This document shows positions 56,054 to 63,191 of a stretch of DNA of 63,191 nt, one piece after another. The notes below the pieces were generated by a model. That model was not told where the DNA came from and searched no databases. It was given only the letters and a program-made list of their open reading frames with translations. The stretch lies in NCBI GenBank assembly GCA_943357915.1, contig CALRGQ010000002.1:1-63191 (forward strand). Direction: 5' to 3'. Source of the DNA: Candidatus Peribacteria bacterium (GTDB lineage Bacteria > Patescibacteriota > Gracilibacteria > Peribacterales > Peribacteraceae). The position numbers and the translations under genes are program-made. How positions within the stretch are numbered: the first letter of the stretch is position 1; each line of letters opens with the position of its first letter.

Positions 56054-59000
56054 GTGCTTCCATGCTGGACATCAGATAATCATGGGTCAGCCTTCCAGAT
56101 TCCCACGTAGGCTCCGCACCTTCTGGTAACGGGTGAGCGAGTGTTTTGTTTGCATGCCAAGCGGGGGTGTCAATTGAGTCTGTTTGTACTACAGAGGTAC
56201 TTGCAGAAGTGTGTAGGCTTGTTTCCCATAATTCATAAACTTTCGTGAGCTTATCTAAGATTCCTTCCCAAAAATTAATAGTTGGACTGGAACCCTGGTT
56301 ATTATACTCAGGCCGTTCTAAGCACTGCATAATTTCCCCCACACTAGAAGTTATCAAAGATCCTACCATCTTACTGTCATTGATAGATCGTATCCCTTCT
56401 GGTAACCATGTGAGGAAAAATTGTGTTATTAGGTTTCTCAATTCCTGAATATAATCATTCAATTCAGAGATAAATTTTTGTTGAACAGCAATATCCTCTG
56501 GAGAGATAGATTGAGCAAGTGCACGTACTCCTGAGCTGATGCTATCTTGCTTCAAAACATTGAGAACTTGACCCTTCGCCTTTCCAGCAGGAATAGAAGT
56601 GCCTGTTGTCTCTGCAATACTGTTGATAGAAACAGCGTTCAGTCCAAAATTACTCATACCGAATTTATCACCAATCTGTTTGAAAATGGGCGCAAAATGA
56701 ACGGCTATTTCGTCATCCGGTGCCAATTCGAGCGAATATCCTTCTCCTGCTTCATTCCTGGCGTCTTTTCTCAGAAGAGCCATTTGCGTTGCAAACCACA
56801 GCAAAAACTTATGAAGATCTTGTATACAAGAAATGATGTCAGGGCACTGTCCTTGTATCGCATCTCTCGATCGCTCTACTTCTAGATCAACTTCTGCTGT
56901 GCCAAAAAAACTAGCACGAGAAATCACATCACAAAATGCATTACAGAATACTTCCCTCGAAAGTGGTCCCACACCTTCGAGGCCAGTGTCAGCGGAAGAG
57001 GGAAATTCCGCATCGAGTAATTCGTCAAATTTCATACGTAAATCCGCTGCTAGCGTGACTGCACTTACAGCATGGCGTGGTAGCACTTTTCTTATTATTT
57101 CGTTCTCAGTTAAAGCGCGATTCAGGACATCTTCACATACTCTTCGTGCCAGCAATACATCCAGACCCTGAGGTAGTGACTTCCAGTACGACACATAATA
57201 TTTTATGAGAGCCTGTAAAACAGGGATGTGTTGTAAACCTTTTTTTGTGGGACGCTCCTGGATGACATCCATGGATCCCATGACCCCTTCCTTCAACGTC
57301 GCAAGTCTTGAATTAAATAAGGCAGAATTCACTGTGTGTATGTTCAGACGTTCTTGTATCATTGAAAATACTGCTTGGTACGCTAGCTCTCGTTGTCGGC
57401 ATTCATCTAAATTATGAGGATGCACTCTTGCTTCAGAAATTACCACACCACCATTCATGGATTTTTTAATATCAGGATCAAAATCGGCGCTCTGGAGACG
57501 GATCGATGTATTGAGACAAAGATGGGATAGTCGAAACAATTGTTCATATGATGTTTCATCTATAATTTCCGGGCATTGCTCGAGGAGGGGGCGCAAAGTA
57601 CGCTGATCTAATGTTAAGAGGCTGCTATTGAGAGATGTAGCCGACATTTTTTGAATACATAAATCAATAATCTCCTGCTTCGTCATAGATTTTCGCTCTA
57701 GTTGCTCAGAATGTTCACTCGGTGAATTCTCTACATCATAAATCTCTTTATGAGGAAATTGTTTTATAAGAATACTATCAATCTCCGCTGCAAAAGCTTC
57801 GACCTGCTTTGTCATCATAGAACTCGTCAAAGAATCTATTTTTCCAGCACTATGTATCATCGCACGTAGGCAGGTATGTAAAATCCCATAAAAATATGCC
57901 GCCTGAGAGACATCAAGTCTCTGCGGAAAATATTCATGCATGCTTATGCGAAATTGTGAGATAGACGCCATATCTTGGAAGTCATCGCTCTCTAGTACTG
58001 AGTTGCCAACTCTTCTCTCTCTTATAGGAATATCTAGTGATTTTAAGTGCTGATCCAACGTTGCTGCAAAGACAGTGCACTCAACGGTATGAAGCCCCAT
58101 ACGTTCTTGAATGACTACACAAATCCGCTGGAAAAAAATCTCTCTCTTTCGAGATTCATCCAGAATTGGTGTTCCAAACGTTGAACCGCTCTTCTTTACC
58201 CATTGCTCAGAACAAAGAAGTCTTTTCGTCTCCCTGTCCTGTATATCTAAGTTTCGTGCACGTAGTTGAAAGTTACAACACTGATACGATAAAGCTTCCA
58301 ATAAACTTCGCAAGGGTTGTCCTTCACATTGTGTGCGAAGCTCAGCTATTTGTCCTTGGATCGCTGTCAGCTGAGGGACGAATGGAAATGATTTCGGAAG
58401 CTCATCTGCAATCAAAGCAAAAACGTCTTCTTGGGTCATAAGTATTCGCTCTGGTTGCTGAGGATTTTCAACATTGGCTCCGAGAAGGTTTTGATCGGAA
58501 ACTTGCGCGTTTGCTGAACTGCTATCAAATTCAGACCCAGTTTCTGCACTATCTGCCATATCTGAAACTAGGCGAACATCTTCTTCTGTAGAACTAATGC
58601 TATCTGCACTCGGCATTCCAGAGACATTGGTTTTTAACGAGAATTCTTTGCCTTTTGATGGGGCATCTGGAAATTGCTCAAAAAGCAGCATATTGACACC
58701 AGCTGAAAACTTTAGAAGATCTACTAAAAGACGTTCTCGAAAAGAAGCCCTATCTACTTGGTCATCGCCATATGTTGTTAATATGGCTTGATTCGTACGA
58801 ATAGCATTTGTGCAAATCACTCTTGCCTGTAAAAAGTCGATGCGATCCGGCACCAGCCTATTAAATTCGTTGTACAATCTAACAATTGAGCGCTCAAGTT
58901 CGACACTTTTTACAGAACGTGCTTGAATTGCGGTTTCTGTCCGTAAAGCGTTGTCTCTACTGTCGTTAGCCAACGTCTTTAATCCTTTCAGAAACCCTTG

Positions 59001-59615
59001 AGAGCTTACTGTTGTTATGCCCAAACGTTCCTGGAGTTGAGCAAAATTAGCATGCATAGAGCTCTCAAATAGATTCAAAGTGCTGGCTATGGACGAGAAA
59101 TCTTCCGTGTCAGGATGCAAAGATTTTCCTCCATTCAGAATCATCGTGAGACGTGAACCAAAATTTTCCCCCTTAATTCGGGGTTCGCGAATGCAAAAAC
59201 AGGAAGAAGATATCTCATTGAGAGATGCATGGTAATTCGTGGAATTAATAGTTTCCGGTAGTTTTTTTTGTGCCTCATTCCAAAAAATACGCATGCTATC
59301 TCTGGTATTAGCGAAAGACAGGTCAAAAAGGGCAATGAATTCGTCTTTTAAGATTGTCGGTCGTTCCACAAGCCGTGTTTCCGGTTGATTTTGTGTACTT
59401 TCAGGAATGGTTTCGCCTTCAGCTTGCACATCGGCCACCGCGTCATTCCCTCCTGTTCGTCTTCTCATATCATCTGCAATTTGTAATAGCACTGATTGTA
59501 ATTCAGGAGACGCCGTCGCAGGATCAATGCGCTGCACAATAACATCCGGTCCTGATGGGAGAGCATCGTCGGCTTTTCTATCGCCCTCTGATGGTCCTGA
59601 AGTGCTTGAGCTCAT
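55962..59615 (-). CDS. 1217-aa orphan protein built from about four divergent ~250-aa helical modules
   Basis: Long ORF. Recurrent module landmarks: QERLGITTV / QERMGLHTV / QERLNIHTV; LVPDRIDFLQARV / FPQRLDVSQAAY / LPQGLDVLLARRV; EQFPDAPS / KQFPHKE / AEFPSS. Confidence 0.7.
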   Translation of the reverse strand: MSSSTSGPSEGDRKADDALPSGPDVIVQRIDPATASPELQSVLLQIADDMRRRTGGNDAVADVQAEGETIPESTQNQPETRLVERPTILKDEFIALFDLSFANTRDSMRIFWNEAQKKLPETINSTNYHASLNEISSSCFCIREPRIKGENFGSRLTMILNGGKSLHPDTEDFSSIASTLNLFESSMHANFAQLQERLGITTVSSQGFLKGLKTLANDSRDNALRTETAIQARSVKSVELERSIVRLYNEFNRLVPDRIDFLQARVICTNAIRTNQAILTTYGDDQVDRASFRERLLVDLLKFSAGVNMLLFEQFPDAPSKGKEFSLKTNVSGMPSADSISSTEEDVRLVSDMADSAETGSEFDSSSANAQVSDQNLLGANVENPQQPERILMTQEDVFALIADELPKSFPFVPQLTAIQGQIAELRTQCEGQPLRSLLEALSYQCCNFQLRARNLDIQDRETKRLLCSEQWVKKSGSTFGTPILDESRKREIFFQRICVVIQERMGLHTVECTVFAATLDQHLKSLDIPIRERRVGNSVLESDDFQDMASISQFRISMHEYFPQRLDVSQAAYFYGILHTCLRAMIHSAGKIDSLTSSMMTKQVEAFAAEIDSILIKQFPHKEIYDVENSPSEHSEQLERKSMTKQEIIDLCIQKMSATSLNSSLLTLDQRTLRPLLEQCPEIIDETSYEQLFRLSHLCLNTSIRLQSADFDPDIKKSMNGGVVISEARVHPHNLDECRQRELAYQAVFSMIQERLNIHTVNSALFNSRLATLKEGVMGSMDVIQERPTKKGLQHIPVLQALIKYYVSYWKSLPQGLDVLLARRVCEDVLNRALTENEIIRKVLPRHAVSAVTLAADLRMKFDELLDAEFPSSADTGLEGVGPLSREVFCNAFCDVISRASFFGTAEVDLEVERSRDAIQGQCPDIISCIQDLHKFLLWFATQMALLRKDARNEAGEGYSLELAPDDEIAVHFAPIFKQIGDKFGMSNFGLNAVSINSIAETTGTSIPAGKAKGQVLNVLKQDSISSGVRALAQSISPEDIAVQQKFISELNDYIQELRNLITQFFLTWLPEGIRSINDSKMVGSLITSSVGEIMQCLERPEYNNQGSSPTINFWEGILDKLTKVYELWETSLHTSASTSVVQTDSIDTPAWHANKTLAHPLPEGAEPTWESGRLTHDYLMSSMEALANGARDNAQLRSDLDVSGGGVQRYMHAAH

Positions 59616-59704
59616 ACTTTACAAAAAGGATTATTATTTTAATATATAACATATCTTGGCACAAGAGCTGATTATGGCTCATATAGGCTTTCTATGGACG
59701 CCTA

Positions 59705-59713
59705 TGCTACAAT
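59705..59713 (+). promoter_or_regulatory. Extended -10 box (TGcTACAAT) 8 nt upstream of the trhO ATG
   Basis: tatgctacaatcctaccaaATG, with no Shine-Dalgarno sequence. Confidence 0.35.
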
Positions 59714-59721
59714 CCTACCAA

Positions 59722-60573
59722 ATGCGTGTCCTCCTCTACTACAAATACATCACGGTTCCGGATCCAGCAGCTGAAACCGAGCAGCATCGTGCGCTGTGTG
59801 AAAAGCTCGATCTGAAAGGCCGCATTCTGATTAGTAGCGAAGGAATTAACGGAACATGCTCAGGCACAGAAGACAATATTGAAGCCTATAAAAAGGCACT
59901 CAACGCGCATCCGATTTTCTGTGATATAGCCTTCAAAGAATCTGATCATCCGACGCATGCATTTAAGAAACTGTTCGTCCGTTTGCGCCCGGAAGTCGTG
60001 ACGCTCCGAGCCGGAATAGAAGCCAAAAACGCGGCACCGTACATCTCGCCCGAGCAGCTCCAAGCGGAGCTAGAACGGAATGAAAATCTGGTGCTGATCG
60101 ATATGCGGAATGACTACGAAGCTGAAATCGGACGGTTCAGGAACGCCGTAACGCTCCCGATGAAAAACTTTCGCGACCTACCTGAGCACATGCCGGAACT
60201 CAAACAGTATGAAGGTCGGAACGTCGTGACGTATTGCACCGGCGGTATCCGATGTGAAAAAGCCTCAGCTTTGCTGAAAGCACACGGTTTTGCCGATGTC
60301 AGACAACTAGAAGGTGGCATCGTGAGATACTGCGAAGAATTCCCCAATGGCTACTATGACGGTAGCTTATTCGTCTTCGATGAGCGCAGAACCATGCGGT
60401 TTCCGGGTGCGCGGAAGGTCACGTACACGTCACAGTGCTCATACTGCGGTGTTGCATCAGATCGGCATATCGACTGTACGGATGACATCTGCCACACGCT
60501 CTTCGTGTGTTGTGAGAGCTGTGAAAAAACATGTAGCGGCTACTGCAAGGCTCATCAGAATGTCACAGTGTAA
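59722..60573 (+). CDS. trhO: Rhodanese-domain protein of the UPF0176/YceA family (tRNA U34 hydroxylase TrhO-like)
   Basis: N-terminus LLYYKY...LDLKGRILISSEGINGT. Rhodanese active-site loop YCTGGIRCEKAS. Cys-rich C-terminus. Confidence 0.85.
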   Translation: MRVLLYYKYITVPDPAAETEQHRALCEKLDLKGRILISSEGINGTCSGTEDNIEAYKKALNAHPIFCDIAFKESDHPTHAFKKLFVRLRPEVVTLRAGIEAKNAAPYISPEQLQAELERNENLVLIDMRNDYEAEIGRFRNAVTLPMKNFRDLPEHMPELKQYEGRNVVTYCTGGIRCEKASALLKAHGFADVRQLEGGIVRYCEEFPNGYYDGSLFVFDERRTMRFPGARKVTYTSQCSYCGVASDRHIDCTDDICHTLFVCCESCEKTCSGYCKAHQNVTV

Positions 60574-60593
60574 ATTCTTGGCTTCTTCTAGGG

Positions 60594-60971
60594 CTACTTC
60601 TGGCTTTTCAAGTATTCCTCATACAGCCTTCGCGCTTCTTCCCTAACGCTCTTCACTGCCACAGCAATAGCTGCACCGGATTCTTCATGAGCCAGTGCAC
60701 GCAAGAGATCATCTAATATAGTCGCGCGCGCATGGTCAGACTTTTCTACTTGTCGCAGAGACGCTATCTCCCCTGCACAGACCAGCAGTCGCTCATACAC
60801 ACTCTGCGCATGAGTAACAATATTTGCTGATTCCCTAGCCTTTACAATGGCTTCATGAAGAGTTTTTGCAACGCTGTATTTGTCCTCTTCAAGCTCACCA
60901 AGTTGCTGCTTAAGCGTAGGAGGTTCATCGAACAGTTTGTGATGTTGCCTGAGTTGAAATTCGGTACACAT
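60594..60971 (-). CDS. Hypothetical helical protein
   Basis: 125-aa ORF with no recognisable motif. Confidence 0.45.
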   Translation of the reverse strand: MCTEFQLRQHHKLFDEPPTLKQQLGELEEDKYSVAKTLHEAIVKARESANIVTHAQSVYERLLVCAGEIASLRQVEKSDHARATILDDLLRALAHEESGAAIAVAVKSVREEARRLYEEYLKSQK

Positions 60972-61297
60972 GGTGCAAAAGGGGGAAATAAAAAAACACC
61001 CACTCCCGAGAGGAGAAGGCGTACTGGAATCAGATCACGCGCTTATCTCCGCTCGGAAGCAGTAATAATAATTGCGTGCTGAATCGTGAAGAGACGTGTC
61101 ATGTCAGAACTATGATAAACAAACGACGGCGTTCGTCAAGAATTTGGAGGGTAACCGTTTTCACTACCCCCAACGACCACCTCATTCCGGCGCTGAGGCG
61201 CCACCTTTCTCCCGATTGGGTAGAAAGGAACCTTTGGAAAGATAGGACATAGATTGTGATATGTATGTATTGGAAAGCATAAAAAAAGAAATGCGTT

Positions 61298-61329
61298 CCC
61301 CCTCTCCCCAGCCGCAGCGGGAGAGGGGG
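61298..61329 (-). terminator. GC-rich hairpin (ccccctctccc / gggagaggggg) downstream of the liv permease genes
   Basis: 11-bp perfect stem with a 10-nt loop. On the minus strand it is followed, after 8 nt, by T7. REP-like sequence composition. Confidence 0.55.
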
Positions 61330-61386
61330 CTAGGGGGTGAGGCGGGCGGAGGGAATAGTGAACAGTTACTGCGTAGATTCACCAGC

Positions 61387-62241
61387 CTAAATCGTCCGCG
61401 GTTTAGGAAACAGTTCCTTTCGGCGCACATAGACGGCCACGATGAGAATGATGCCGAAGAGCATCAACCGAACTGGCCCAACAATACCGAGTGGCAACGG
61501 CAGGAACCGGATGCCTTCTTTGAGGAGAATGAGCAGCGCTGTCGCAAGCGTGACGCCAAGTACGCTGCCAGGCCGCCCGGCCACGATGCACATGATGAGA
61601 AAGATGAGTGCCGGGAAACCATAATCAGCGGGATGCAGAAGTCCGATGTACTGCGGATACAAAATGTTACCGATGAGGGCTCCGGTTCCCGCGATCAGGA
61701 ACGCAATGACGTGCACGCGTGTCCGGCTGATACCGAGCGATTCTGCGTGGTACCGATTTTCAGCGAGCGCCGAGAGTTCCCGTCCGAATGATGAACGATG
61801 GATGCGATACATAAAAAAAATGTAGACGACGGCGACTAGTACAGCAACGGTAGCAAAAGCTTCTTGTGATTCCAGTCCGGGAAAACGAGCAATCCGGGAA
61901 ATGCCAAGGGCGCCACGCGTGAGATCTGGCCAGTTCAAAACGACGGCGAGCACCGCGAGATGTACCGCGATGGAGAGGATACCGAATGCGTCGTCATCCA
62001 ACCGGAGTGAGAGCCACGCGAGCAACAGGGAAAATACTGAGACAAGCGCGAATGCACCGAGAATACCGATCACAGCACTCCCGGAAGCTTGTGTCATGAG
62101 AAGAAAGGAATACGCGCCGATGATGCTGGGACCCATCGATCCAAAGTGAAGAATCTTGCCTTTTCCAAGTACCAAATTGAGTCCGAGCGTAGACGGAATG
62201 GTCATGGCCGTATATGTGAGAATGTGGAGGAAGTAATCCAT
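61387..62241 (-). CDS. Branched-chain amino acid ABC transporter permease (LivM-like)
   Basis: Polytopic membrane protein with the pattern GILSIAVHLAVLAVV...SRIARFPG...GRELSALAENRYHAESLGI typical of the LivM/BPD_transp_2 family. Confidence 0.8.
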   Translation of the reverse strand: MDYFLHILTYTAMTIPSTLGLNLVLGKGKILHFGSMGPSIIGAYSFLLMTQASGSAVIGILGAFALVSVFSLLLAWLSLRLDDDAFGILSIAVHLAVLAVVLNWPDLTRGALGISRIARFPGLESQEAFATVAVLVAVVYIFFMYRIHRSSFGRELSALAENRYHAESLGISRTRVHVIAFLIAGTGALIGNILYPQYIGLLHPADYGFPALIFLIMCIVAGRPGSVLGVTLATALLILLKEGIRFLPLPLGIVGPVRLMLFGIILIVAVYVRRKELFPKPRTI

Positions 62242-62243
62242 GC

Positions 62244-63182
62244 TCAGGCAGTGCGAGTGCGGGAACCAAAGATCCCCTCAGGTTTCCAGAGCAAAATCAC
62301 AATGATCATCAGGAGCGCGACAGTGTTCTGGAACCCCGCTGCGATGTAGTGACCCCCAAACCATGGCACGCCGATCGAAAGCTGTTCAAGAAGCGCAATC
62401 CCATACGCGCACAAGATGGTGCCCCACAGACTCTTCTTGCCGCCCGCAATGAGCGCAGCGTACGCCTTGATGGTGATGGCAAATCCGAGAACTGGCGTCA
62501 GGTTCTGGTCTATGCCGAGGTAGATACCCGCAAAACCAGCAAGAACGCCGCTCATGATGAAGACAAGCCGATGGAGAAGCGGAGCATTGATACCCAGACT
62601 TTCCGCTGCCGAAGGATGCTCAACAGTCGCGCGGATGCGCCGACCAAAAGGAGTGCCGACGAGGATCCAGGCGAGAGCCGAAAGGAAGACGACTGTGATG
62701 AGAACGAGTACGCCCTGTTCTAGAGACATGACAGCGTTCCCGAGTGACACCAGATGCTTACCGCCAGTAGAAATGCTTTTGGGATCCTCTTTAAAAAGAT
62801 ACAGCAAAATACCATCCAGAATCATGCTAAGAGCGATGGTCGTGACAAGTGGAAGGAACCGATGCCGCTTATAAAAAGGCGCGACGAAGAGCTCAAAGGA
62901 AAGCCACGTTACAAAAGCAGCGATGACAGCACCACCGAGAACGGCGAACGGAAACGGCAGACCGGCTTTCATCAGCAGCCACCATGCGCCATATCCGCCA
63001 GCAAGCGCGATCTGCCCGAGCGCCATGTTGAAAACGCCGAGCACGCCGTACACCATCGAAAGTCCCGCAGCCATCAGCGCTGCAAAAGATCCGGCGATGA
63101 GGGCATTCACGAGGAGCTGCACAGAAACAGTGTAAGGCAGAAAAGATGAAAAGGCAGGAGTGTAGAGACGAGCGGCGCGCAC
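62244..63182 (-). CDS. Branched-chain amino acid ABC transporter permease (LivH-like)
   Basis: LLVNALIAGSFAALMAAGLSMVYGVLGVFNMALGQ... and RIRATVEHPSAAESLGIN match LivH family patterns. The start is near the window edge, so the true 5' end is uncertain. Confidence 0.8.
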   Translation of the reverse strand: MRAARLYTPAFSSFLPYTVSVQLLVNALIAGSFAALMAAGLSMVYGVLGVFNMALGQIALAGGYGAWWLLMKAGLPFPFAVLGGAVIAAFVTWLSFELFVAPFYKRHRFLPLVTTIALSMILDGILLYLFKEDPKSISTGGKHLVSLGNAVMSLEQGVLVLITVVFLSALAWILVGTPFGRRIRATVEHPSAAESLGINAPLLHRLVFIMSGVLAGFAGIYLGIDQNLTPVLGFAITIKAYAALIAGGKKSLWGTILCAYGIALLEQLSIGVPWFGGHYIAAGFQNTVALLMIIVILLWKPEGIFGSRTRTA

Positions 63183-63191
63183 GTCTCTACC

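Noticed and set aside
48699-59615. Calling the giant operon a prophage or integrative island
   Set aside because: I could recognise no integrase, recombinase, capsid, terminase or tRNA attachment site, and no flanking direct repeats. The only evidence is AT-richer composition judged by eye and proximity to RAYT/REP elements, so mobility remains untested.

Overview
This 63.2-kb window uses the standard genetic code and looks like an uncultivated, small-genome bacterium. Features pointing to a CPR/Patescibacteria-like organism are a compact AlaRS, anti-sigma proteins of the type I recall as DUF5667, many giant orphan proteins, and almost no Shine-Dalgarno sequences. That placement is inference only.

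Core content: alaS, asnS, trhO, an SDR oxidoreductase, a UPF0020-type methyltransferase, two Liv-type ABC permeases, an FTR1 iron permease and a VanW protein. There are also two ECF sigma/anti-sigma pairs and two histidine kinases with no response regulator in the window. A complete F1Fo ATP synthase operon is present in a permuted gene order (atpD-C-Z-B-E-F-H-A-G).

Accessory content:
- An ~8-kb surface-protein gene (DUF11, Cna-B-like and Myxococcus-type Cys-rich repeats) split by a single in-frame TAA.
- A RelE/ParE-RHH toxin-antitoxin pair.
- Three RAYT (REP-associated tyrosine transposase) genes, each flanked by its own REP hairpins. Two of them bracket an HTTM-DCC membrane cassette.
- Two copies of a ~133-nt multi-hairpin element whose differences are compensatory.
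- A 1109-aa orphan protein.

The best candidate for an undescribed system is a tightly coupled 10.9-kb minus-strand operon at 48699-59615. It encodes ORFs of 1217, 224, 995 and 1229 aa. Only the last has recognisable domains: an SNF2/SF2-like helicase fused to a degenerate methyltransferase fold. A G8 homopolymer lies exactly at the frameshifted junction between the first two ORFs.

I recognised no rRNA, tRNA or CRISPR array. All function calls rest on motif recognition by eye, with no database search.
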